Part shown: positions 36,053 to 45,972 of the stretch, one piece after another
How the letters are laid out: every line of letters begins with the position of its first letter
Position numbering within the stretch: position 1 is the first letter of the stretch
Source of the DNA: Planctomycetota bacterium
Lineage (GTDB): Bacteria > Planctomycetota > GCA-002687715 > DRQF01
Reading direction: 5' to 3'
Assembly: GCA_036479435.1 (NCBI GenBank)
Contig: JAZGFI010000001.1
Coordinates: 1 to 53,726, forward strand
DNA: 53,726 nt
Translations under genes and position numbers: made by a program
Notes under the pieces: model-generated
The model's input: only the letters and a program-made list of their open reading frames with translations
What the model was told of the DNA's origin: nothing
The model's database searches: none

Positions 36053-37785
36053 GGCCGTTCTCCCTTGCCGTACTGAAAGGTCTGGTAGCGATCTGGCTGC
36101 GCCGGATAGATCTCGCGGCTTTGGTCGGGCCAAAGCACTTCGATCTTGAATGGCCCCTCGCCAACCACGACGCCGAACACCAGACGTGGGTCATTGGAGG
36201 CTTGGAAGGACGCGTGCCGGCGGGCCGTGAGCGTTTGTCGTCGTGCCCCCTTGCTGTCGATCAGTGTCACACGCGCGCCGAGTCCGAAGCGATTCTTCTT
36301 GGGGCCCTCTAAGGCCACGCCTAGGAAGGCGTTTCCGCTGCCTTTGAGGTCTAACTGGGTTTCGATGAGAGTCGGAGCATCGTTGAGGTTTGCCACCACG
36401 ATGTCGATATCGCCGTCGTTGTCGAGATCGCCGAAAGCCGCAGCCCGTGAGACTTTGCGCACCCGAAGCCCGCTGTGGTTTTTAGAATCCAGGAGCTCAA
36501 AACGCGGACCCGGTCGGCCGAGCCAAAGCAAGTTCGCCTGCCGATAGTCGGTACCGGTTCCAGCTTGGGCGGCTTGCGGGTAGACGTGACCGTTCGCAAC
36601 GAAGGTGTCGAGTATTCCGTCTAAGTCAAAGTCGCGAAGCGCGGTGCCCCAGCCGAGAGCTCTTAGGCTCGCTTGCGCAGCACCGGTCACCAGAGCGCCT
36701 TCTTCGTACTGGTCGGGGCCAAGACTGAGGTAGACATTGTTGACCTCACCGGAGAAGTTCGTGCACACAAAGTCCTCGATGCCATCGCCGTTGATGTCAG
36801 CGGCATCGAGCCCCATGCCGGCCTGGGTTGCACCACCTTCGCTGAATGAGACCGCCTTGAAGTAGCCGATCTCTTCGAAGCGCTCGCCGTTCCACTCGAA
36901 CAGATAGTTCGGCATACCGTCGTTGGCGACGTAGACCTCGACTAATCCGTCGGCGTCAAAGTCTCCGGCGATCACGCCGAGCCCATAGGCGGGATCGACA
37001 TCCGCGAAGCCCCAGGCTTTACTGCGATCGCGAAAGCGGCCGTCGCCGAGGTTTTCGTAGACGCAATCTGCTTGGGGCTTAAGGCCCCGTGGCCCGCACA
37101 TGACCGGGCGGTCCTTCCAAATGCAGTTGCGGCCCGCTTGGCCGTTCTCGGGCGGGTTCGCGGCGTCAAATTCTAGGTAGTTTGCGAGGTAAAGGTCGAG
37201 GTCGCCATCGCCATCGAGATCGACAAAGGCGGCACTTGTGCCCCAGCCTTCGTCGCCGAGGCCAGCGGCATCGGTGACGTCTTCGAAGCGGCCACCGACG
37301 TTGCGAAAGAGTCGATTTTTGCCGAAGTGCGTGACGAACAAGTCGGCTTTGCCGTCGCCGTCATAATCCGCGGCCACGGGCGCTGATGCCCAACCCATCC
37401 CTTCGAGCCCGCTGCCTTTGCTCACATCTTTAAATTTGAGCCCGCCGAGATTGCGGAAGAGTCTGCAGCCAAACCCGGGCTTGCTCGCGAGGTGACGATC
37501 GAGGGTCGAACCAGCGCTCAAAAAGACGTCCAAGAGGCCGTCGCCGTCGTAATCCAGCAGGCCGACGCCGATCGCCTTAACTTCGACAATATAGCGCTGC
37601 GAAGCGGTCCCGCTGAGCTGTCGGTACTTGAGCCCGGAGGCCGCAGAGCGGTCGTGAAAAACTAGGGACTGCTTCGGATTCACCGCATTATGGGTGTCGC
37701 CGTCGTTCTCGGCACGGTCGCCGCAGCTTGCCAACCAGCCGCAAGCCCCAAGAACAAGAATCAGACGCAACTCTCGCCAGCCCAT
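36049..37785 (-). CDS. CRTAC1 / ASPIC-UnbV family FG-GAP repeat lipoprotein
   Basis: Lipobox LASC, repeated D.DGDG..D motifs, and a C-terminal GARV....SFQASND.RL.FG...EV.WP. Confidence 0.92.
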   Translation of the reverse strand: MGWRELRLILVLGACGWLASCGDRAENDGDTHNAVNPKQSLVFHDRSAASGLKYRQLSGTASQRYIVEVKAIGVGLLDYDGDGLLDVFLSAGSTLDRHLASKPGFGCRLFRNLGGLKFKDVSKGSGLEGMGWASAPVAADYDGDGKADLFVTHFGKNRLFRNVGGRFEDVTDAAGLGDEGWGTSAAFVDLDGDGDLDLYLANYLEFDAANPPENGQAGRNCIWKDRPVMCGPRGLKPQADCVYENLGDGRFRDRSKAWGFADVDPAYGLGVIAGDFDADGLVEVYVANDGMPNYLFEWNGERFEEIGYFKAVSFSEGGATQAGMGLDAADINGDGIEDFVCTNFSGEVNNVYLSLGPDQYEEGALVTGAAQASLRALGWGTALRDFDLDGILDTFVANGHVYPQAAQAGTGTDYRQANLLWLGRPGPRFELLDSKNHSGLRVRKVSRAAAFGDLDNDGDIDIVVANLNDAPTLIETQLDLKGSGNAFLGVALEGPKKNRFGLGARVTLIDSKGARRQTLTARRHASFQASNDPRLVFGVVVGEGPFKIEVLWPDQSREIYPAQPDRYQTFQYGKGERP

Positions 37786-37852
37786 TCACCGATCTCCTAT
37801 CCGTCACTGGCCTCTGGGGCCTGCCGAACAGGATACGTCTCTAAAGCCGGAA

Positions 37853-39790
37853 TCAGAAGGATGCCTGAACCGCGTTCGAAATCTGGAAGTCAAATCCCGG
37901 TGTGTAGGAAATAACGGCCATCTGCAAGGTGACGCCAGCGAGCGGCACGATCGCGCCCCATTGGAAATCGCCGTTTAGATTTGCGAAGTCGTGGAAGGGA
38001 ATCGTCCCCAGCGGAGCCAACAGGGTGTAAAGGCAATCGGCCCCGAGACCAATGACGGGTCCGCTGCCAACCGGGCTGTAGAGCTGCGTGGAGATTCCCA
38101 GCCGCCATTCGGCCAGCGGCAGCATGCCCGAGATGTGGATGTTGATGTCGCCAACACCATAACTGAAGACGCTCAACTGAGGTGCGGCCGGGTCCGCGTT
38201 CAAGGCCCCTAAGACCGCCGCCTCGCAATCCAAACGGCCGTGGCCATAGGTCGGGCTGTGGCCGTCGATGTCATACAGGGCGGCGTTGGTCTGAATTTGA
38301 TGGGCGCTATCGAGCAAGATCTGTCGAAGCTGCGACCAGCTGAGGCTAGGCATGACGCCTAACATCAAGGCGGCCGTGCCCGCGGCCTGAGGTGCGCTCG
38401 CCGAGGTGCCCGCGAAACTCAAGGTCGTACCGGATCCAATGGTCAAGGTCGAGATCGATCGGCTTCCCCCCGACGAGGGCGCTACCAGATCAAGAGCATC
38501 GCCGTAGTCGCTGTAGCTCGCGCGCACATCGAAGTTCGTCGTGGCTCCGACCGCAATCGTCTTCGGTGATCCGACGTACTCGTCCCCAAAGATGTTCTCA
38601 TCCCCGTTGCCCGCGGCCCAAAAAATCGGGCAGCCCAATCCACCTCGGCCCTGCTGAGTCGCATAGGAAAAGGAAATGTCGACGATGGGGGGCAAGGGAA
38701 AGGGCACGCCGTCCGGGCCCCAGCTATTCGTGATGACGTCAGCGCCGTTGTTGGCGGCGTAGACGAAGCAGTCCGCTTCTTCGCTCGGAGTCGCGAAACC
38801 CGATCCGGTCAGAAGTCGGATGGGCATGATGGATGCCTGCGGGGCAACACCCACAAGTTGCACTGAGTTGCTGCCCATCGCGGCGACGACGCCCGCAACA
38901 CGAGTTCCGTGCGAACCGGCATCATTGGCCCCTCCGGGGGCGGCGCCGGTGACAGGATCGTAACCATTGAGTGTCTGCAGGAGATCACCGTGAGCCGCGT
39001 CGACGCCGGTGTCAATGACGGCAATCGTCATGCCCGCACCTTGGCCATAGGCCCAAGCGTGCGTGGCCCGAGTGTCAGCACCGACGAGGCCACCACCTTG
39101 ACCGGTATTCTTCAAGTGCCATTGGTTGCCGAACAAAGGGTCATTCGGAATGACCTCACGCGGCCTTAGGCTTCGTAACCAATCCACGTGAGCAAAGCGG
39201 ACACCATCACCAGCACGCAGGATCTCGGCCGTGGTGACACTTTGAGTAGCTCCGCCCTGAGCTCGCACGCGCCAGACCCCGGGTGCATAGTCAATCTCGC
39301 GATCGACTCCAAGTCCCAGGCCCGCCAAGCGTTGCAAGCCGTCCGTGCGCGAAATCTCGGGCGCAAATCCGACCAGGATGTAGGGAGTCGCCAAGTAGAG
39401 CGAATCAACCCGATTAGCGCTTCCAAGGTGATAGGCCGGCCACTCTGTCCCCATCGAGGAACTAGCCGAGGTCAACCGACTTCGGCCTGCGCCATCCTCC
39501 TCGGCGGCAAATCGTGCGATCAACAGCTGGTAGCGACCGAGATACTCGATCTCTCTGGCCCCTTCACCTTCGAGGATCGCCTGAAGCTCGCCACGGCGTG
39601 AACTGTCGTCAAGCTTGATGGCCACCACCGTTTGCGAGGACGTAAGCGAAAGATCTTGCTGACCAAATCCCAAGGGTACTGAGCCTTGACCAGATACTGG
39701 TCCAAGGCAAAACGTTGCCAAAAAGAGAACGAAGCTAAGCCGCAGGGCAAACGGCAACCGATCAGACAACGGGCGGCAAGATAAAATCAT
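37853..39790 (-). CDS. Secreted S8 (subtilisin-like) serine peptidase
   Basis: Catalytic triad AVIDTGVD, HGTRVAG and GTSASAP, plus NSWG and AAGN. Signal peptide and propeptide present. Confidence 0.93.
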   Translation of the reverse strand: MILSCRPLSDRLPFALRLSFVLFLATFCLGPVSGQGSVPLGFGQQDLSLTSSQTVVAIKLDDSSRRGELQAILEGEGAREIEYLGRYQLLIARFAAEEDGAGRSRLTSASSSMGTEWPAYHLGSANRVDSLYLATPYILVGFAPEISRTDGLQRLAGLGLGVDREIDYAPGVWRVRAQGGATQSVTTAEILRAGDGVRFAHVDWLRSLRPREVIPNDPLFGNQWHLKNTGQGGGLVGADTRATHAWAYGQGAGMTIAVIDTGVDAAHGDLLQTLNGYDPVTGAAPGGANDAGSHGTRVAGVVAAMGSNSVQLVGVAPQASIMPIRLLTGSGFATPSEEADCFVYAANNGADVITNSWGPDGVPFPLPPIVDISFSYATQQGRGGLGCPIFWAAGNGDENIFGDEYVGSPKTIAVGATTNFDVRASYSDYGDALDLVAPSSGGSRSISTLTIGSGTTLSFAGTSASAPQAAGTAALMLGVMPSLSWSQLRQILLDSAHQIQTNAALYDIDGHSPTYGHGRLDCEAAVLGALNADPAAPQLSVFSYGVGDINIHISGMLPLAEWRLGISTQLYSPVGSGPVIGLGADCLYTLLAPLGTIPFHDFANLNGDFQWGAIVPLAGVTLQMAVISYTPGFDFQISNAVQASF

Positions 39791-39932
39791 GATCGGGCTC
39801 CTTAGTGGGACGGCAAAGTGTCCAGCGGAGCCAAGAGTAAGGGATAGACCTTGCGAGCCGATGCCCTCCCATCCAAAACGAGTTTTTATGCAAGCGGATA
39901 GAGATCAAAGGGGAGGATCGAAGCTGGCGAAA

Positions 39933-40017
39933 GCAAAGGGTGGTGATAATCTTCTAACGCGAAACTAAAGGGTTAAACCCTCAAGCTTTACGTCAGACGA
40001 TTTTCACCACCCTTTGC
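39933..40017. repeat. Long imperfect inverted repeat (two 42-bp arms)
   Basis: Arms 39933-39974 and 39976-40017 are 34/42 complementary. A third copy of the unit lies at 42951-42991. Confidence 0.85.
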
Positions 40018-40041
40018 CGCGGCCCTTTGCCACCGTTAGGT

Positions 40042-41412
40042 CTATCGACCCCCGCGACCGCCCTGCCCATTGCGGCCGTTGTTGTTGCGGCCAGCTAGGC
40101 TGAGCCACCTTTGGACTTCGTTGCGAATGATCTTGTCGTCAGCGTAAAGGGAGATGAAAACACGATAGTCGCGGCGCTTGAAGGAGCCGTCCCCGCCTCC
40201 AAGCTTGGCAACGACCTTTTTGGCGATCGACTTCAGTTGGCCGTTTTTTTCTTTCCTGGTCATCTTCTGCACTTCAGGAATAAGACCCTCATCGTCGCTG
40301 CGGTGATACGCGAGGAGGATTGCGAGTTTTTGCAGGTGCTTTTTGCCTTCTCGGTGATAGCTCTTGGTGAGAGTCTTCCTTGCTTCGGTGCTGTCGACAT
40401 CAAGGCCGTAGCCGAGTGAAAGGTAGACGGCTTTGCATTCGCGTTCCTTACTGCTCTTGGCAGATCCAACCAAGATGGCTTCGGCTTTGGCGGAGCCTTC
40501 GCCACAAGGACCAAGCGCACGAAGAATGTCCTTTTTGATTTCAGGGTTCTTGGTTTTCTTGAACAGCTTGATCAGGTCGGGAAGGGCTTCGGTGTACGCA
40601 GTTTCTTCGAGGGAAACGACGGCACAGTTCTTGATGTGGTCATCGGGGTCCGACAACCACTTCAGCAAGTACGGCCCACTTGCGCTCAGATCGCTGTAGC
40701 CAAAGTGGCGAATGCACTTGGCGCGGTGCTTTGTTTTCTTGATGCCCTGGATCGTGTGAAACATGAGGTTCATGATTCGCGGGTCACCGTGCTCAACGAT
40801 GAGGCGGATCGCCTCCTTACGATCTTGGTCGTCGCCGGACTTGATCGCTCGCAAAGAGCTTTTGAGTCTGGCATCCAGGCTTTTCGTGGCGTCGCCGACA
40901 AAAATCGACATGGCTTCGGCCATCAACTTGATGAAACCGCTTTTCTTGAGCTGATAGAGCTTGCGATGAAAAATCTTGCCGTCAGGCCCCACAAAGATGT
41001 GCTGGGGCACGGTGACTTGGGGCGTGTCAAACCAAAGCTCCTTCACGCGTTTTTCATTCTTGATCAAGACTTCGCAACTGACCGTTCCAAACAGCGCACT
41101 GACTTGCCGTTCACCAGACTTCGTCTTGACGGTGACTTGGGCGTGGGAGTTGGGAGCGGTGCCTACGAGGATGAACTCTCTCATCTGGGCTTGAACATCT
41201 TCGTCTTTGTAGAGCCGCTCCAGCATCGCGCGGCAGGCTTTCTCCTCGTTCCAGTGCATGCAGATCAAGATGGGTCGCTTGAGCGCTTTCGCCCGTACGA
41301 GCGCGGCGTCAACACTGGATTCCCAGGGCAAACCCGAAGCTGCTTCCTGGCCAAAGGCCAAGGATGAACCGATGGCCGCCACCATCACAAGTATTCGAAA
41401 CAATTCGCTCAT
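40042..41412 (-). CDS. Secreted thioredoxin-like plus HEAT-repeat protein
   Basis: Signal peptide, LPWESSVDAAL.RAK..KRPIL, VPQHIF..PDG and HEAT-like repeats (WLSDPDDHIKNCAVVSL). Confidence 0.75.
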   Translation of the reverse strand: MSELFRILVMVAAIGSSLAFGQEAASGLPWESSVDAALVRAKALKRPILICMHWNEEKACRAMLERLYKDEDVQAQMREFILVGTAPNSHAQVTVKTKSGERQVSALFGTVSCEVLIKNEKRVKELWFDTPQVTVPQHIFVGPDGKIFHRKLYQLKKSGFIKLMAEAMSIFVGDATKSLDARLKSSLRAIKSGDDQDRKEAIRLIVEHGDPRIMNLMFHTIQGIKKTKHRAKCIRHFGYSDLSASGPYLLKWLSDPDDHIKNCAVVSLEETAYTEALPDLIKLFKKTKNPEIKKDILRALGPCGEGSAKAEAILVGSAKSSKERECKAVYLSLGYGLDVDSTEARKTLTKSYHREGKKHLQKLAILLAYHRSDDEGLIPEVQKMTRKEKNGQLKSIAKKVVAKLGGGDGSFKRRDYRVFISLYADDKIIRNEVQRWLSLAGRNNNGRNGQGGRGGR

Positions 41413-41629
41413 CGAGCCTTCTCCTAATTGATCAGAATCTGCAGAGCGAAACAGGTTGGGGCAGTTCCGATAACAAGCTCAAAGACGATGTGTTTCTACA
41501 AAAGGGAGAAAACCTCAAATCTGGGCCGTCAACGGTTTCGCTTGTACTTGTCGCCAACCCAGAGGTCTCTCATCAAAGAAAGGCGAGTCTGCAGCGACCA
41601 CCCCTGCTTGGGGCGCTTGACGAGCGGGC

Positions 41630-42868
41630 CTAGGGCACTCGAAAGATCGCCGTTTGACGACCCTCCTCCGGGATCTTCAACCAGAGACGCGCTCTTGCCG
41701 TCTCCGTGCGATCTGTCTCTACACAGATCTGTCTTTGTTTGTTCGGCGCAGGCCAAACTAGGTTTGCCACTTCGACTTCACCACGCTCGTCACAACGGAC
41801 GCGACGCGCCTTCATTCCCGGATACCAGGGGCGCCCGGTCTCTTCCAGGCGCAGCCAGGTGCTCGGTCGCGCGCGTCCAACTTGGTCTCGCACTCTTATC
41901 TTCAAAGTCGGCGAGATCGCATCGAGCAGCCAAAAGGACCTTCCCGGTACGAGTTGTCGTTCGTCTCGCCAAACTTCTTCCTGCCCGTTTTCGTCGATCA
42001 AAGACGCCCACACTCGCAAGTGGCCTGACCGCGTTAGCTCGTCGAGCACAACCGCCACGGACCAAATTGGTCGACTTCGCGCTGACGATTTTCGAGGTGG
42101 GGCTGACCCAAACTCCAGTTTTCGCCAGCGGCTGCGGACAAGGCGTGTCGACGAACCTTTTGCCGAGCCTCTCCGCCAAATCTGCCAACAAATCCACCCT
42201 TTCTTCGGCCCCGCCCACGCCCTCGAAGGCGGCAGCCCTGAACTGAGCACAACCTCCAGAACGTCAGGGCGCAAACGCGGGCAAAGCGCTAACTCGCGAA
42301 CCTGGTCTTTGGACTCCACGCCACCGGAATGGCGATCCCAAGTCCAAGTCGCCGATTCGTAGGCCCTTGCGTGTACCTCCACCCGGGTCAATCCCGGTCG
42401 ATAGTAGTTTCCCGCCCAAGCCCTTAGACCTGATCCACTGGTTCTAAGAGCCGTCAACTCACAACCCGGGGTACGCAGCAAAAGGCGCGCACGGGGTACC
42501 GGCTTCCCGGTTGCGGCATCCACGACCCGAAGAGTTCCAGGGCTGCGAGCTGCCTTAACAGCAACGGCCGATTCCTTCGCGTTTCCACTCGGATTGACCT
42601 TAGCCGTGGGTGCGGCGGCTTCGCAGGCCACATGCCCCGTCAGCAGGCAAGTTACGACCACGATTTGAAACAGAGCCCTGATTCGCGTCGCGCTTGGTTT
42701 TGCCTGCAACCGCCCTCTCGGCGGAGTTTCTCCAATCTCTGTTTTCGAAAACACACCTGACTCCAGTTGAGCCGGGCTGAGTCTGAGCGCTTTCAGAGAA
42801 GGGACGACGCTCGTGGCGTTTTGGCCCGACAAATCCGAATAATTAGTCCACTTGCGGGGTACCGCCAC
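41630..42868 (-). CDS. Hypothetical protein (carboxypeptidase-regulatory-like beta-sandwich motifs; start uncertain)
   Basis: LRVVDAATGKPVPRA and IRVRDQVGRA motifs, with a hydrophobic segment ending VAC (possible lipobox). It fills the gap between two minus-strand genes. The true start is probably downstream of 42868. Confidence 0.5.
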   Translation of the reverse strand: MAVPRKWTNYSDLSGQNATSVVPSLKALRLSPAQLESGVFSKTEIGETPPRGRLQAKPSATRIRALFQIVVVTCLLTGHVACEAAAPTAKVNPSGNAKESAVAVKAARSPGTLRVVDAATGKPVPRARLLLRTPGCELTALRTSGSGLRAWAGNYYRPGLTRVEVHARAYESATWTWDRHSGGVESKDQVRELALCPRLRPDVLEVVLSSGLPPSRAWAGPKKGWICWQIWRRGSAKGSSTRLVRSRWRKLEFGSAPPRKSSARSRPIWSVAVVLDELTRSGHLRVWASLIDENGQEEVWRDERQLVPGRSFWLLDAISPTLKIRVRDQVGRARPSTWLRLEETGRPWYPGMKARRVRCDERGEVEVANLVWPAPNKQRQICVETDRTETARARLWLKIPEEGRQTAIFRVP

Positions 42869-42950
42869 ATCGGGGGAACTGAATTGGTGCAGGCCCCTTG
42901 GTGGTCAAGCCAGGGCGGTGAATGGGCCTTTGGGTGGGGTAGAGATCGAT

Positions 42951-42991
42951 CAAAGGGTAGTGAGAATCGTCTGACGCAAACGTTCAGGGTT
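42951..42991. repeat. Solo copy of the ~42-bp dispersed repeat
   Basis: CAAAGGGTAGTGAGAATCGTCTGACGCAAACGTTCAGGGTT matches the reverse complement of 39976-40016 at 35/41. Confidence 0.8.
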
Positions 42992-43000
42992 TGGTGGGGA

Positions 43001-44773
43001 TTAGGGGCGGAAGCTTGTGCCGCGTTTTTTGCATGCGGATTCGTAGTCTTCGAGATAGGTTCGCTCCTCGACGGTGAGAGCGGAGAGGTCGGTCAAGCGA
43101 GGATCGAAACCAATGTAGTTGAGTGGGCGGCTTCGCAGGAAACCTTCGTGCTCGGGGTGGGCTTCGTAGACCACGACGTTTTCGAGGCGCACGCCCCCGA
43201 AGCCCGCAAGGTAGATGCCGGGTTCGATCGACGATACTTGCCCCGCACGAAGAGGCAGTTTCGAAGTTGGGGCGAGACCCACGCCGGGTTCGTGAACGTG
43301 AACGCCGACGCCATGGCCGGTGCCGTGGGCGTAGTCAAAGCCCGCCGCATAGATCGGCGCGCGACAACGCGCGTCCAGGTAAGCACCGCAGGTACCTTCG
43401 GGGAAAATCGCCATCATCCCCTGCAACAGACCCTTCAGTACCAAAGTGTAGATGCTCTTTTGGCGCTCGCTGGCCTCGGCCGTCGCTCCGCCCGCCAAGA
43501 ACGTTCTTGTGATGTCCGTCGCAAATCCGCCCTCGTAGAGCGCCCCACTATCCAACAACAACAGGTCATTGGGACGCGCGACGTTGCTGGCCTGTGGGTT
43601 AGAGAAATGGATGAGCGCAGAGTTGGCGCCCACCGCGGCGATGGTCTGGAAAGAAAGATCGCGGGCACCCTCTTCTTCGTAGTGACGGTTGGCCCTGTCA
43701 TAGAAAGAGAGTTCGTCAACCTCTTCTCCGGCGGCGAATCGATCCCAAACCCAGCGTTGAGTGCGGGCGATCGCGCGGCAGGAACGAGTGTTACTTTCAA
43801 TCATGTGATCGAGTTCCGCCGCGGTCTTCAGGGTCTTTGTCGCGACGACGGGGTTCGAGATGCAGACGAGGCGACAGTCCGGGCGCGCTTTTTTGATGCG
43901 ACGCAGAAACGCGGCCGTGACTTGGCTTTCGTCGTAGAGAATAGTTGCGATGGATTGGAACTCCGGCCGCAGAAAGATGGCCTCCGGCCGCTCCCGGTGA
44001 AAGTGAACTTGGGGCGATGCACCCTCAAAACCAGCGTGAAAAACGGATTCGTCGACGGTGAGCTCGACACTCTTCGCCGTCGCGAAGCCCTGAGCGGCAA
44101 AGCTGCTTTGGTAAAGAAAATGGTAGCCGCGGCCTTCGCTGAGCCAAGCAATATCGTCGAGCGCCGCGAGCAAGATCGCCGTGCGACTCGGCTCTTCGAC
44201 GTCGGCGAAAACAAGGTCGAGTTTCTCTTCCAGACTCCGGCCAGAGATGCTGGAGTCGATGAACTGGAGCGCCTTTTCGTGACGAATTGCTGCGCGCGAC
44301 AAAGCTTCTGCGAGCTCACCATCATCGAGGGAAAGACTGGTTTCGCCCGCCGCCTCGATTGCCTTAGCGAGGACATGCGACACGCGATCGCCCTCGTAGC
44401 CGACCCGGCCGCTCGTTGCGATATCTGTCATCAAGGCGGCGCTCAACATGGTGCCCAATCGAATCTTGACCACTTCGATGAGCGCCTCATCGACTTCTTC
44501 ATCGGCCTGCAAGTGATAACGGCCATCGACGTAGAGCTTGGCTCTTCCTGTGGCCAGCACCAGCATCAAGGCCGTCGAACCCGTAAACCGGCTCAGGTAG
44601 TAGCGGTGGTTGTCGAGACGCGGGGTGTATTCATTCAGATGGCAATCGGCACTGGTAACGACCAGAGCATCGAGGCCCTTATCGCGCATGAGTTGCCGGG
44701 CGCAGGCCAAATTCTTGGCAACGGCTTCGGGGGCGATCTCAAACTCTGGTTCGGCCGCGGGCCAACTTTCCAT
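43001..44773 (-). CDS. Aminopeptidase P family (M24B, Xaa-Pro aminopeptidase)
   Basis: D.H.NEY, FTGS, VDGRY..QA, SFQTIAA.GAN.A.IH, DSGA.Y..G..TDITRT, HGTGHGVG..VHE, SIEPG.Y and GVRLEN. Confidence 0.94.
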   Translation of the reverse strand: MESWPAAEPEFEIAPEAVAKNLACARQLMRDKGLDALVVTSADCHLNEYTPRLDNHRYYLSRFTGSTALMLVLATGRAKLYVDGRYHLQADEEVDEALIEVVKIRLGTMLSAALMTDIATSGRVGYEGDRVSHVLAKAIEAAGETSLSLDDGELAEALSRAAIRHEKALQFIDSSISGRSLEEKLDLVFADVEEPSRTAILLAALDDIAWLSEGRGYHFLYQSSFAAQGFATAKSVELTVDESVFHAGFEGASPQVHFHRERPEAIFLRPEFQSIATILYDESQVTAAFLRRIKKARPDCRLVCISNPVVATKTLKTAAELDHMIESNTRSCRAIARTQRWVWDRFAAGEEVDELSFYDRANRHYEEEGARDLSFQTIAAVGANSALIHFSNPQASNVARPNDLLLLDSGALYEGGFATDITRTFLAGGATAEASERQKSIYTLVLKGLLQGMMAIFPEGTCGAYLDARCRAPIYAAGFDYAHGTGHGVGVHVHEPGVGLAPTSKLPLRAGQVSSIEPGIYLAGFGGVRLENVVVYEAHPEHEGFLRSRPLNYIGFDPRLTDLSALTVEERTYLEDYESACKKRGTSFRP

Positions 44774-45011
44774 GGTTCAGTTTCCTGCTATCCGGATTCA
44801 ATGCGGTTCCCGAAGTGGACAGCTTTGTCCCCGCCAGGAGTCACTTCAAGTGAGGAAGCGGTCTCCAGCGGCACGCTGTCGCCTCATCGGAACACCGCCT
44901 AAGTCTATATAAATTAGGCTATTAGGGCTCAATCAATCAGGTTTTTCGAACCTTCGGCACGGCAGTCGCAAAAGGTTTGGCGACAACGGAGTCCTTAGCG
45001 AGAACTTAGCC

Positions 45012-45353
45012 ATGAAAACCACTTTGATGCTGACCGCCTTTGCCCTTTTTCTCCTCTGCGCGGCCCCCGCGGCTGACGCGGCCCCGTCCTTTGAGAGTTC
45101 CCTTGCCGCCGCAGAAGCAAGCGGGGGCTACTGGAAAACCGTGCAGGTCAAAGTCTGGCAGCCGGGTCATTACGATCGTGAGTGGGTGGAGCCGGTTTAC
45201 CGCCGACGCTACTACCGAGGCTGCTGGCGCAACGAATGCATCAGCCGCGGCTACTATCACCGCGTCTGGCATCGCGGGCACTACCGCTATCAAAGCAAGC
45301 GCATCTGGGTGGATGACTACCCCCGCGAGCGTCGCGAACGTCGCCCGAGCTGA
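45012..45353 (+). CDS. Small secreted protein with YXWGXW-like (W.PGHY) repeats
   Basis: Signal peptide followed by GYW, VWQPGHY, WVEPVY, RGYY and VWHRGHY repeats. Confidence 0.75.
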   Translation: MKTTLMLTAFALFLLCAAPAADAAPSFESSLAAAEASGGYWKTVQVKVWQPGHYDREWVEPVYRRRYYRGCWRNECISRGYYHRVWHRGHYRYQSKRIWVDDYPRERRERRPS

Positions 45354-45392
45354 AGTCAATAGACTCGCCCGGGTCTCGGACGAATGAACTTG

Positions 45393-45434
45393 AAGGCGAA
45401 GGGTCGGCGCGGCGCGCTGGCTCTTCGCCTTTTT
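45393..45434 (+). terminator. Rho-independent terminator
   Basis: AAGGCGAAGGGTCGGCG / CGCTGGCTCTTCGCCTT stem (with G-U pairs) running into a T-tract, downstream of 45012-45353. Confidence 0.7.
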
Positions 45435-45483
45435 CACAACACTGTGGCTTAATAAGTCAATTCGCGGCTCGTCGGCGAGGGTT

Positions 45484-45972
45484 CTAGTCGCGGTAACGAG
45501 CGCGCTGAGCCTCGACATCCCTCATTGAGCCCGTGCCCGTTTGATCGAGGAGATGATCAAGTGCTACACGCACGCTGTAGCCACCACTGATGTTGCCGTC
45601 GCTCTCTTCGATTTGCCAATCCACTACGGCGTCGAGCGGCACGCACTCTTGACGCTCTTCGCCCACAAACTCCACTTTCAACTCGCCACTTTCGAGTTCG
45701 AGCACACGAGCCCAGTCTAAATGTGGCTCTGGGATCTCGCGATTGCGCAGGGCGACGTAACAGGGTCGATCGCCCGCTTGCACGCGTGACAGAAAGTGGC
45801 CTTGCTCGGACCGGGCACGCCTGCGTGCAAGCTCAAGACGCGGATCGTCGGCACCGAGTGGAGTTGCGGTAGCCGCCACGCCGCGGCGCCGAGCCACGCG
45901 GCGCCCGAGATAGACCGCAAGCGCCGCGGCCAGGCCCAGAACTATCCAGTTGATCATCGCGTTCTCCGACAT
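45484..45972 (-). CDS. DUF2314 (YegJ-like) membrane-anchored protein
   Basis: N-terminal TM, DDP.L..A...AR, and V.DWQI......I.GGYS.RV. Start re-called at 45972. Confidence 0.65.
   Translation of the reverse strand: MSENAMINWIVLGLAAALAVYLGRRVARRRGVAATATPLGADDPRLELARRRARSEQGHFLSRVQAGDRPCYVALRNREIPEPHLDWARVLELESGELKVEFVGEERQECVPLDAVVDWQIEESDGNISGGYSVRVALDHLLDQTGTGSMRDVEAQRARYRD

Noticed and set aside
41428..42362. Overlapping plus-strand ORFs of 272 and 218 aa
   Set aside because: Low-complexity Arg/Ser-rich translations antisense to a more plausible minus-strand ORF.
42767..44902. 711-aa plus-strand ORF
   Set aside because: Antisense shadow of the well-supported aminopeptidase P gene, with no recognisable motifs.
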